From assembly GCA_965216875.1 (NCBI GenBank), contig OZ244207.1, forward strand, positions 7,904,001-7,968,000: 64,000 bases of DNA, read 5' to 3'. Under the pieces are notes generated by a model. That model made no database searches and was not told where the DNA came from. It saw nothing but the letters and a program-made list of their open reading frames with translations. Numbering within the stretch: the first letter of the stretch is position 1; every line of letters starts with the position of its first letter. Positions 38,141 to 47,245 of this stretch are shown piece by piece. Both the position numbers and the translations under genes were made by a program. Origin of the DNA: Rubripirellula sp. Lineage in GTDB: Bacteria > Planctomycetota > Planctomycetia > Pirellulales > Pirellulaceae.

Positions 38141-39681
38141 TGAATCCCAAGCATCCAGCCGAGACTGCGATGCACGTCTCGTTGGTCGGAAGCCACGAGG
38201 CGTCGATGACCGATGCGCTCGACGATGCGTTGCAGAAGCTCGCTGCGATCACGCCGCCGCCTGGCGGACCAATCACTCAACACGATGTCGAGGAACAACC
38301 AACGCCGCGAGTCGATCGTGGGCCTTCGGCAAATCATGAGCAAGGCCAAACCAAGCGTTTGATCGCGCTCATTGACGAGATTTCGTCCTCGGCCAGCCGC
38401 GTTGATGCAATGGAAAGGGTCGTTGATTTTCTGTCGGGGCAATTCCCCAATGCCGCTGTGCGATGTGCCAGTGGAACTCATCGCCTTTCGCGACTGTACG
38501 ATGCACGTCTCGGTTGGCTCGGCGCGGAAAGTTCCGTTCGCGACGATGCCGAAAGCCGCTGGGAAACACTCTTCGGCGACCCCGTCAAGGAAATGGAGAG
38601 TGACGCGGGCGCCGATCTGGCCGTTGAATCGAGCATGGATTCCGAGCCGAATTCGGATGCAGAGACCCACTCGGGACCGGAGGCGAGCTGTGATGTTGAC
38701 AACCATCGCGTCGAGCTGAAATTGCCAAACAAAGATGGCGTAGGCAACTGTGTTATCTGGGTCGAGGGTGAAGGGGTCAATTCGATCACCGGGCATTGGC
38801 TTGCGACCTACCCGACGGCGATTGCGAACGTATTTTGGAGTCGACCCGCAAGGTCTTGGCCAAGTCTGCTGTCACGGGTTGGACAAAAGTACAGAATCGC
38901 GCTCGCATCGGTGGCCGTTGCAATTCTCGCGATCGCCGCTTGGCCGGTGCATTACCGAGTCGCTTGCAAAGTCAAGGTCGACACGCTCAAGCAGCGTTTG
39001 GTTGCAACGCCTTTCGAGGCGTCACTACTTGAATCAAACGTCAAGCCTGGTGATACGGTCAAACGGGGCGACGTGCTGGCGAGGTTCGACGGACGACCAC
39101 TGAGGATCGAGCGTGAATCGATTGAGTCCGAGATACAGCAGGCCGCAAAGGAACGCAACGCGGCGCTGGCCAGCGGCAGGATCGCGGATGCACAGCAAGC
39201 GAAACTGAAACGCCAACAGCTCGAGCGCCGCCACCAGCTGCTGACCGATCGGTTACAGCGGCTTGCCGTGGTCAGCCCGATCGACGGCGTGATTGTGAGT
39301 GGAGATTTGGAAAAACATATCGGCACGCCGCTCAAGCTAGGGCAAAAGCTGATGGAAGTGGCGCCGATGGACTACATGATGCTCGAGGTCGAGATACCTG
39401 AGCATGAGATTGGTTTTGTTTCTGCGGAAGCCGATACGCGCATCAAGATCGATGCGATCGGGGGACCCTCGATGCAAATGCAGCTTGACGAGTTGCTTCC
39501 GGCTGCCGAACTACGCGAAGAGCAAAACGTTTTTGTCGGCAGGATCAGGGTCGACAATCAACAATTGAGTCTACGCCCCGGTATGCGAGGTGACGCAACC
39601 GTCTACGGCCCATTGCGCCCGTGGATCTGGTCGTGGGCACGCACAGCAGTTGAACGCACGCTGTGGTGGGTTGGCTACTAG
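38137..39681 (+). CDS. HlyD-family membrane-fusion protein with long cytoplasmic N-terminal region
   Basis: TM at ~aa255; VATPFEASL..VKPGDTVKRGDVL, VVSPIDGVIV, LRPGMRG; ATGA overlap and AAGGAG SD. Confidence 0.85.
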   Translation: MMNPKHPAETAMHVSLVGSHEASMTDALDDALQKLAAITPPPGGPITQHDVEEQPTPRVDRGPSANHEQGQTKRLIALIDEISSSASRVDAMERVVDFLSGQFPNAAVRCASGTHRLSRLYDARLGWLGAESSVRDDAESRWETLFGDPVKEMESDAGADLAVESSMDSEPNSDAETHSGPEASCDVDNHRVELKLPNKDGVGNCVIWVEGEGVNSITGHWLATYPTAIANVFWSRPARSWPSLLSRVGQKYRIALASVAVAILAIAAWPVHYRVACKVKVDTLKQRLVATPFEASLLESNVKPGDTVKRGDVLARFDGRPLRIERESIESEIQQAAKERNAALASGRIADAQQAKLKRQQLERRHQLLTDRLQRLAVVSPIDGVIVSGDLEKHIGTPLKLGQKLMEVAPMDYMMLEVEIPEHEIGFVSAEADTRIKIDAIGGPSMQMQLDELLPAAELREEQNVFVGRIRVDNQQLSLRPGMRGDATVYGPLRPWIWSWARTAVERTLWWVGY

Positions 39682-39694
39682 GGATTCTATTTCT

Positions 39695-41872
39695 GTGAAT
39701 CGAGAATCAAGCGAAACGAACGCACCTTCGACACCGCCACCGATGCGCGTGCGTCTCGATTCGACAGTGACCTTCTCGCAGCGAACTACCGGTGCGCAAA
39801 CGCTGTATGTTGCATATCACGCGGGGCTCGGCAAGTATTTTCAGTTTGGTGCCGAAGAGCATCACATTGCTTCCTTGCTCGATGGCAATCGCACGATTAC
39901 CGACGTCCTGCTTGCACTTCAAGAGGCGGGGATTCAATGGGATCCTCGAGATGTCGCCGAGTTCATCTCGAGGATGGTGGCAAGCAAACTCGCAACCACG
40001 GTCGAAAGTGAATCCACGGCGACGGGACTTGCTGAACCAACACCGACCAAGTCTTCAGGCGATGTGGCCTCAAAGGTTTGGAACGTTCACTTGCCAAAAC
40101 TGCTGGCGCACATTGTTTCTCAGCGGTTTCCGTTGATGAATGGCCAACGTGTCGCGATCGCACTGGAACGACGTTTTGGATCTCTTTTCGATCTGACTGG
40201 CATGGCTTGCTGGGTCATGCTCGTCTTCAGTGGGCTTTTGATTGTCTACGGAAACGCGAACGCGTTTGCCGCCGAATTGAGACGGATGTTTGATCCGAGT
40301 CTGTGGCTGGTGTTGATCGCGATGTGGATTGTTGCCAAAGCGATCCACGAAGCGGGGCATGCGATTGCGGCAAGACATCATGGCGTCAACGTTGGCAAGG
40401 TGGGCGTGATGTTGTTCTTTCTCGCCCCGTTGGCTTACGTCGACGTGACCGACGCATGGAAACTACGCAGTCGATGGCAACGCGTGCAGATCGCCCTGGG
40501 CGGCGTGTATCTCGAAATCGCGGTGGCCGCGATCGCTGCGTGGGTATGGTGGATGTTGCCCGCTGATGCTGCGCTTGCAAAACACCTGGCGGCTCAGTTT
40601 TTCTTGATCGCAGGGCCCGCAACCTTGTTGGTCAATGCGAACCCGTTGTTGCGTTTAGACGGATACTATGTCCTGTCGGACCTGACCGAGATTCCCAATC
40701 TTCGTATGCACGGTCGGCAACAGTTGACTGGCTTGATCCAATTCCTGCTACTTCGCATCCCTCGGCCGACACCGCTCCTGCAAGGATGGCGGCGACGTTT
40801 CGCCACGACGCATGCTCTTCTAAGCGTCGTTTTTCAGATCGTTTGGATGGGCGGTCTAATCGTTGCCGTTTCGATGTGGGCCAAAGGAGTTGGGCTGATC
40901 CTGGCCGGCTCGGCATTCGCTCTATGGTGTGTGATTCCGTTGACACGGACCACGTTGCGGCTGTGGTTGAAGGAACCAGGCGAAGGCTGGTTGAGACTTA
41001 ACGATACCCGACGACGACTGCTTGGACTTGCGAGTTTGATTCTGGTTCTGACTCAATACCTTTGCGCGGCTCGGTCGCCGCTCGATCGCCGTGTCCCCGT
41101 CATCGTTCGTTATCGGAACGAGCAGATCGCTCGGGCGACGGCGGATGCCTTCGTTCGCAACGTCTATGTCACCTCGGGGCAACGCATCAAACGTGGCATG
41201 TTGGTTGCCGAGCTCGAGGATGCGGAATTGGGGGTGCGTCGAAACCAGAAGTCCGACGAGCTTGTGATCGCCGAATTGAAGGCGATCCAACATCGACGAT
41301 TGGGGCAACACGCCCTCGCCGCGGCTCAAACCGAACATGCGGCGAGCCTAAAACGGCAACTTGCCGAACTCGATGCCCAACTGACCGGGCTACGCGTGAT
41401 CGCTCGGCGCGACGGGATCGTGATCGGTTCGCATATCGAGAATCTCGAAGGCGCGTTTGTTGCGGAGGGCCAGGAGCTGTTGCGAATTTGCGATCCGCAA
41501 GAAAAGGAACTGCTGGCGTCCGTTCCAGAGCAAGACATGCAGGCGTATCAAGAGATCGTCGAGAAGGATGTGACAACCGAAGTACGGCTGCGTGGTGGGA
41601 CGATTGTACGTACGGTTCCGGCGTCTCTGCGCCCGCGAGCACGCCGCCGTTTGCCTCACCCTGCCCTCGCCGCAACCGCGGGCGGTCCGCTCGCGGTCGA
41701 ACCGTCGCCCGACGATGATACTGAGCTGAGGACGGTCTTGCCGAGACTTGAGAGTGTGACGAAGCTTGACCCCGTCACGAGCGTCGAGATTCGGGCGGGT
41801 CAAATCGGAACGATGATGATTTCCGACAATCGTTCGCTGGTTTCAAGAATGTTCGACTCTTTGCGCCGTTGA
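39695..41872 (+). CDS. PqqD-like / M50 (site-2) metallopeptidase / HlyD-like fusion protein
   Basis: YFQFGAEEHHIASLLDGNRTI (PqqD/RRE-like); IHEAGH (HExxH); AYVDVTDAW; NANPLLRLDGYY; C-terminal biotinyl-lipoyl/hairpin VTSGQRIKRG..IARRDG. Start GTG 39695 or ATG 39743. Confidence 0.85.
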   Translation: MNRESSETNAPSTPPPMRVRLDSTVTFSQRTTGAQTLYVAYHAGLGKYFQFGAEEHHIASLLDGNRTITDVLLALQEAGIQWDPRDVAEFISRMVASKLATTVESESTATGLAEPTPTKSSGDVASKVWNVHLPKLLAHIVSQRFPLMNGQRVAIALERRFGSLFDLTGMACWVMLVFSGLLIVYGNANAFAAELRRMFDPSLWLVLIAMWIVAKAIHEAGHAIAARHHGVNVGKVGVMLFFLAPLAYVDVTDAWKLRSRWQRVQIALGGVYLEIAVAAIAAWVWWMLPADAALAKHLAAQFFLIAGPATLLVNANPLLRLDGYYVLSDLTEIPNLRMHGRQQLTGLIQFLLLRIPRPTPLLQGWRRRFATTHALLSVVFQIVWMGGLIVAVSMWAKGVGLILAGSAFALWCVIPLTRTTLRLWLKEPGEGWLRLNDTRRRLLGLASLILVLTQYLCAARSPLDRRVPVIVRYRNEQIARATADAFVRNVYVTSGQRIKRGMLVAELEDAELGVRRNQKSDELVIAELKAIQHRRLGQHALAAAQTEHAASLKRQLAELDAQLTGLRVIARRDGIVIGSHIENLEGAFVAEGQELLRICDPQEKELLASVPEQDMQAYQEIVEKDVTTEVRLRGGTIVRTVPASLRPRARRRLPHPALAATAGGPLAVEPSPDDDTELRTVLPRLESVTKLDPVTSVEIRAGQIGTMMISDNRSLVSRMFDSLRR

Positions 41873-41893
41873 TCCCGACCCCGCAGATCCCGA

Positions 41894-42313
41894 CTAGGTA
41901 CCCGGCAAACTCGACGCATCGAACACATCGGGTAACAATTCGGAAAGACGTTTGATTCGATGGGATCCATCTTCAACGTCGGCCATGATCACCCACGTGT
42001 CGAGGGCGAATTCGGAAAGGAATTGCCGACATGCGCCGCAGGGGGAGACGCCCCCTTTGGTCACGACCGCTACGGCGCGCCAGTACCGGTGGCCAGCCGC
42101 GACGGCCGATGCGGCAGCAACGCGTTCGGCACACAAGCACATTGAATAGCTTGCGTTTTCGACATTGCATCCAATGATGATTTCGCCGTCGGGAAGCAAC
42201 AGTGCGGCGCCGACGAGGAAGTTGCTATGTTCGGCAAACGCTCGCAGGCGAGCTTCCGTGGCAGCCGACACCAAGCGGTCAATCTCGTCGGTCGTCAATT
42301 CGGGATTGGACAT
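41894..42313 (-). CDS. cdd: Cytidine deaminase
   Basis: SNFLVGAA, GCNVENASY, CAERVA, PCGACRQ. Confidence 0.94.
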   Translation of the reverse strand: MSNPELTTDEIDRLVSAATEARLRAFAEHSNFLVGAALLLPDGEIIIGCNVENASYSMCLCAERVAAASAVAAGHRYWRAVAVVTKGGVSPCGACRQFLSEFALDTWVIMADVEDGSHRIKRLSELLPDVFDASSLPGT

Positions 42314-42338
42314 TCGATCTCAGTTAAGTTTCTTTGGC

Positions 42339-43628
42339 TTAGCGGCGCTCGATGATCAATGGTCTTGCATCAATGGGATCGCTCGAAACGGTGACTGCCG
42401 ACTGCAACGCGGCGTGCATTTTCGAAGAAAGTTCGTCGCGAGAAAAAACGGTCAGCAGCGGTTGCCCCTGTTGGATTGGATCGCCAATCCTTGAATGAAT
42501 CGTCAAGCCAACGCTGTGGTCGATCTCGTCGCCGGTTTTTCGTCGTCCACCGCCGAGTTCCACGACCGTTTCGCCCAGCGTTTCGCAATCGACAGACGAC
42601 GCGAAACCATCTGTCGTGGATTCGATCACCGTCTCACGACCAAGAGAGATCGGGTGATTCAAGTTTCCGCTTTGAGCGTGAATCATTTTCTCGAAACGTT
42701 CCATTGCTTGGCCGTTGTCGAGTGATCGCTCGAGTGCTTCACGCGCCGCATCGAGATTGTCATGGATTTTTACGGCGACAAGCACGTCGGCGCACAATTC
42801 GATGGTGAGCGACCGAACTTCGGCTGGCCCTTCGCCACGCAAGACATCGATCGATTCATTCACTTCGACGGCGTTTCCGACCGCCGCGCCGAGCGGTTGG
42901 TCCATGTCCGACAGAATCGCGGTCGTCGGCATCCCAGCTTGACCGCCAACACGAACGATCGAATCGGCAAGTTGTTCTGCTTGTTCGAGCGTTTTCATAA
43001 AGGCGGCGTCGCCAACTTTGACATCCATTACCAAGGCATCCAAATTCGCCGCCAGTTTTTTGCTGAGGATGCTTGCGGTGATCAGCGGGACAGACTCGAC
43101 CGTTCCGGTGACATCGCGAAGCGAATAGAGCCGTCGGTCGGCCGGCGCGATGCTTTCCGATGCGCTGATGATGAATGCGCCGACGTCCTCAAGGATTTGG
43201 CTGGAACGTTCGATTTCCAAGTTGCAATCGAATCCCTCGATCGCTTCGAGTTTGTCGAGCGTGCCGCCGGAGAGGCCAAGGCCGCGCCCGGAAACCATCG
43301 GAACATCGACTCCCTGACATGCCAGCAGTGGTGCGAGGATCAGTGAGACCTTATCCCCCAGGCCGCCAGTGCTGTGTTTGTCCACGCGAGGGCGGGCCGT
43401 GGCCGAGCCGGAAGGCCGCGGCAGACGATCGCCACTTTCGAGCATTGCAAGGGTAAGCGTGGTGATTTCCCGGGGTTCCATTCCCTGCAAGCAGATTGCC
43501 ATCGCGAGTGCCGACATTTGATAGTCCGCAACTTCGCCACGGCAAAAGCCGTCGACAAGAAAGCGAATCTCATCGTCAGTCAGAGCGTGTCCGTCGCGTT
43601 TTTTCACTAATAGAGAGGCGGCAAGCAT
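42339..43628 (-). CDS. Thymidine/pyrimidine-nucleoside phosphorylase
   Basis: KKRDG, VDKHSTGGLGDK, SGRGLG..GGTLDKLE, ASILSKKLA, DVKVGDAAFM. Start set at MLAASLL. Confidence 0.94.
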   Translation of the reverse strand: MLAASLLVKKRDGHALTDDEIRFLVDGFCRGEVADYQMSALAMAICLQGMEPREITTLTLAMLESGDRLPRPSGSATARPRVDKHSTGGLGDKVSLILAPLLACQGVDVPMVSGRGLGLSGGTLDKLEAIEGFDCNLEIERSSQILEDVGAFIISASESIAPADRRLYSLRDVTGTVESVPLITASILSKKLAANLDALVMDVKVGDAAFMKTLEQAEQLADSIVRVGGQAGMPTTAILSDMDQPLGAAVGNAVEVNESIDVLRGEGPAEVRSLTIELCADVLVAVKIHDNLDAAREALERSLDNGQAMERFEKMIHAQSGNLNHPISLGRETVIESTTDGFASSVDCETLGETVVELGGGRRKTGDEIDHSVGLTIHSRIGDPIQQGQPLLTVFSRDELSSKMHAALQSAVTVSSDPIDARPLIIERR

Positions 43629-43934
43629 CGTGACCAGCAGGGCGAGAGGAGCAAGTGTGGGCAGAGCCACGCGGCAAAGGGGACAGCACAGACTGCTGAC
43701 CACCCGCTATATTGCACTGTCTGTTTTGGTCGTTGGTCAAGCGTGCTTGCCGATTGTTGATCGTTTTGTACCAAGTTGTGCGAAGAGAATTGACGATTGC
43801 CCTTGCACGACTTGCCCACTGTCCAACAGGCCGTCGCAATTTCCAGGCCCTCGCAATCACTAGGCCCGCAGCTACGCCCTCGCATAAGCGTGGAACACTC
43901 GAGTGCCTGTCCGCCGCATCGAAATCGAATCAAC

Positions 43935-45164
43935 ATGTATCAGAGACTTTCGACGGTCCCCACGGTCGTCACCTTCCTTGCTTTGCTGATGATCACGCCG
44001 ACAATCGGGTTGGCCGACGATGGCGAAGAGCCGGTTGTGGCACAGCAAACCGACGCCGACCGAGCGGGGGCCCGCGAGCTTTCACGTGCCTTTCGGTTTG
44101 CCGCTCGCAAGGCGACCCCTTCTGTGGTGACCGTTTTGTCCTATGGCCAAAACGCGGGCCAAAACAATCAAAACCCTGACGCACCCCCTGTCGATCCCGC
44201 TCAACAATTGACGGGGCTCGGGTCCGGGGTGATCGTGAGTGAAGACGGAATGGTGATCACCAACAACCACGTGATTGCCAACGCGGTGCGCGTTGTGATC
44301 CAGCTGTACGACGAAACGGAGATCGAAGCGACAAACGTTCATGGCGATCCCGATAGCGATGTGGCGACGTTGCGAATCGAACAGGACTCGCCTTTGAAGT
44401 GTGCCGAAGTGGGTGACTCCGAAGATATGGAAATTGGCGACTGGGTGCTGGCCATCGGCAGTCCGTTTCGTCTCGAAGCGACTGTCAGTGCCGGGATCAT
44501 CAGCGCCAAGGATCGCAGCATCGCAAGAATTCGTCGGGCGCGATTGTTTCAAACCGACGCCGCCGTGAATCCAGGAAACTCCGGTGGCCCTCTGATCGAT
44601 TTGGACGGCCGCGTGATCGCGATCAACACCGCGATTGCTACTCGGATTGGTGGTTATCAAGGCGTCGGGTTCGCCATTCCGATCAACCATGCCAAATGGA
44701 TCGCGGATGAACTTGCCAAACATGGCGAAGTGCGACGCGCGGCGATTGGCATTCGGATGGCCGAGTTGAAGCCAAAGATTGCGGTTCGCTTCAACCTGCC
44801 CCCTTCGCTTGGCGTTCTCGCTTATGAAGTGATCAAAGATTCTGCTGCGGATCGCGCGGGTGTGAAGCCGCGTGATGTGATCCTTGAATTCGCTGGTCAA
44901 CGTGTTCGCAATCCGAGTGGATTGCAGGAAGTGATTGAACGCGAGCCCATTGGTTCGAAACAGAAGGTGAAGATTTATCGCAAAGGCGAAGAAATCACGC
45001 TCGAAGTCGAACTTGCACCGCTGGAGGACCCAACGGTCTCCTCCGCAGACGACGAAGAAGACAAGGACGACGAAGAAGACAAGGACGACGAAGAAGACAA
45101 GGACGATAAAGAAGACCAGGACGATGAGGAGAAAGGGGATTCATCCGAGACCGATTCACCCTAA
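43935..45164 (+). CDS. HtrA/DegP-like trypsin serine protease with one PDZ domain and an acidic tail
   Basis: GSGVIV, TNNHV, SDVA, QTDAAVNPGNSGGPL; signal peptide after MYQRL. Confidence 0.93.
   Translation: MYQRLSTVPTVVTFLALLMITPTIGLADDGEEPVVAQQTDADRAGARELSRAFRFAARKATPSVVTVLSYGQNAGQNNQNPDAPPVDPAQQLTGLGSGVIVSEDGMVITNNHVIANAVRVVIQLYDETEIEATNVHGDPDSDVATLRIEQDSPLKCAEVGDSEDMEIGDWVLAIGSPFRLEATVSAGIISAKDRSIARIRRARLFQTDAAVNPGNSGGPLIDLDGRVIAINTAIATRIGGYQGVGFAIPINHAKWIADELAKHGEVRRAAIGIRMAELKPKIAVRFNLPPSLGVLAYEVIKDSAADRAGVKPRDVILEFAGQRVRNPSGLQEVIEREPIGSKQKVKIYRKGEEITLEVELAPLEDPTVSSADDEEDKDDEEDKDDEEDKDDKEDQDDEEKGDSSETDSP
45048..45130 (+). repeat. 18-bp in-frame tandem repeat (DDEEDK)n
   Basis: GACGACGAAGAAGACAAG repeated, ~4.5 units with a decaying end. 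Confidence 0.9.
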
Positions 45165-45168
45165 CACT

Positions 45169-45208
45169 GTAGGCCGGATCAATGAGCGACAGCGACGCAG
45201 ATCCGGCA
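45169..45208. repeat. REP-like palindrome between convergent genes
   Basis: GTAG-GCCGGATC...GATCCGGC-A. Confidence 0.7.
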
Positions 45209-45239
45209 CGAACTTATCGTCACCGGTGCTCTTCACCTT

Positions 45240-46217
45240 TTACTCGACCACTTCACGGATGAAGTTGGGTGTCGGGTCCGACTTGCCCTTTTTGTCACAG
45301 CGGAAAAACTCGCTGACGTAGCGGACGGGCGTCTTCTTTTCTGGCACTTTGAATCGATCACCTTTTTGCAGGACGGGTCGAAACTCGTCCATGCGTCCAA
45401 ATTGACGCGTGCCGGCTGCCTGGCAGGGGAACCAATGCCCGTTGCCATCGGGATCTTCGAGATAAAACTCGGGGTAGCAGTGGTCTGGAATCCAAACCAC
45501 GCGAGCCGGGATTTTGGCGTTGCGGCACATCGCAACGAACAAACTTGTCATCTCTTCGCAATCGCCCTTGCCGTCTCGCAAAGCATCCGAAGCACTCTTG
45601 AGCGAGCCTTCGACGTACTGGACTTTTTCGCGAACATAGTCGTAGATCAACTCGACCCGTTCCCAATCGTTGGCGGCGTCCATCGCAGCGACTTCGCGCC
45701 ATGCTGCTTTGATACGGCGGTCGGACGCATCGATGTAGGGACTGTTGCCAAGGAACATGCGAAGTTCGCGGCCAGTTCGCTTGGGAATGACGAGGTCATC
45801 GGTCACATCGGGCGCGATGATCCGGCTGCGTTCGACTTCGACAAGGAACGTCGCTTCGACGGTCGAACCGCCCGGTACACGGGCCATTTGAAGCACGATT
45901 TGTTGTGCACCATCGCCCAATTCGCGCGGTGCCCAACGCGTGACCAGAGGACTGATTTTTTGATCGACCACTCGCACCTTTTGCTCGGGCCAATCTTGGG
46001 GCACGGGAAAGGTTGCCAACACGTTGGTGCAGGTCACCGGCGTCTGCAAAACGAGACCGATTCGCCACGTTTGTGTTTGTGGCGATTCGTAGCCAAGGCG
46101 AGGCGTGACCGCGTCGTCGTCTGAGTCGTCGGCCAGCAACACCGAAGGCATTGCAACGAGTGATGCCGTAGCAGCAAGGAAGTGTCGACGATTCGTTTGA
46201 AAGTTTGCGTGATGCAT
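45240..46217 (-). CDS. Transglutaminase-like domain protein with Tat-like signal
   Basis: NRRHFLAA; GKGDCEE, IPARVV, DHCYPEFY, WFPCQ. Confidence 0.85.
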   Translation of the reverse strand: MHHANFQTNRRHFLAATASLVAMPSVLLADDSDDDAVTPRLGYESPQTQTWRIGLVLQTPVTCTNVLATFPVPQDWPEQKVRVVDQKISPLVTRWAPRELGDGAQQIVLQMARVPGGSTVEATFLVEVERSRIIAPDVTDDLVIPKRTGRELRMFLGNSPYIDASDRRIKAAWREVAAMDAANDWERVELIYDYVREKVQYVEGSLKSASDALRDGKGDCEEMTSLFVAMCRNAKIPARVVWIPDHCYPEFYLEDPDGNGHWFPCQAAGTRQFGRMDEFRPVLQKGDRFKVPEKKTPVRYVSEFFRCDKKGKSDPTPNFIREVVE

Positions 46218-46479
46218 GATGGTTGCAAAGAGAGTCGTTGCGAAAAATCGAAACGGCCGGAGCTTGAACCGGCAGGTTATGCCGACCGCGCTCCGGCCGT
46301 CGCTCGCTACGGTTCATCGCCAAGCGATTGTCTTGATTGACCAAGCGAACCTAGGCTTGGAACCATTCAGTCTAGTAGCTGGCGATTGATCGTTTTCAAA
46401 AAAGTCCGCCAATGTTCGCTGAAAAACAACGCCCGGACGGGCGGACCTGCGGCACTACTGAGTGACACTATTGAGTGCA

Positions 46480-46947
46480 CTATTGTGCGGGGGTCGGTAC
46501 GGGGACCGACTCGCTGACGATCAGGTCGCCCTGTGCATCGTAGCGCCGTGCTTCCCAGTCACCCATGTAGCCATTGCCGACAACGTCACCTTCAACAACG
46601 ACACCGTTCATGTAGGGGTCGTGACTGATGACTTCTTGGCCGACACCACAACCACAAGCGTTGCCGCTATGAGCTGCACCATAGCTGGGCGCGTAGGTCG
46701 CGCCGTTGCAGCCACAACCCGTTTGTGGTGCGACCACCATGTTCTGTTGAGGCGCGGGCGGGCATTGCGGTGCACAAGGCTGCGCTGCCGCAGTGTTGTA
46801 GTTAGGTGCGGGAGCTTGATTGTCGAGTCGGTTGCACAGACCACAGCGTGCGCCGCGTCCGAACAGGAAGTTTCGCATCCCCGAGCAACCACCCGAGAAG
46901 GTCAATAGCGTTAGAGCCGCCACAACCGTGATAATGCGTGTGTTCAT
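46480..46947 (-). CDS. Small Cys/Gly-rich probable lipoprotein, function unknown
   Basis: MNTRIITVVAALTLLTFSGGC lipobox; CGLC, GCGC, CGCG; AAGGA upstream. Confidence 0.7.
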   Translation of the reverse strand: MNTRIITVVAALTLLTFSGGCSGMRNFLFGRGARCGLCNRLDNQAPAPNYNTAAAQPCAPQCPPAPQQNMVVAPQTGCGCNGATYAPSYGAAHSGNACGCGVGQEVISHDPYMNGVVVEGDVVGNGYMGDWEARRYDAQGDLIVSESVPVPTPAQ

Positions 46948-47245
46948 TGTGATGTCCTTGAATTGCATAGCGAGCGTATTCGGTGATCTCGAGGATGAGA
47001 CCGCTCAAAATTAGGTCGCTCTGAGTGTTGTGCAAACGCAACATCGTTTTTTTTCTGCAACAATTCGTTGCGGTAATGCAGCGGGTGACCTAGCTATTAA
47101 CTACCCACCTGCCCCACGCATCACGGCCACTGCATTGAAGGAACGCATTGGTGTGCCGATTGTTCCGATTACAACACCGTTCGGAGTCCGTTGTTGGATC
47201 GTTGTTCAACCGACTCGCTTACCCTTGATTTGCTTCCCACCTGTG

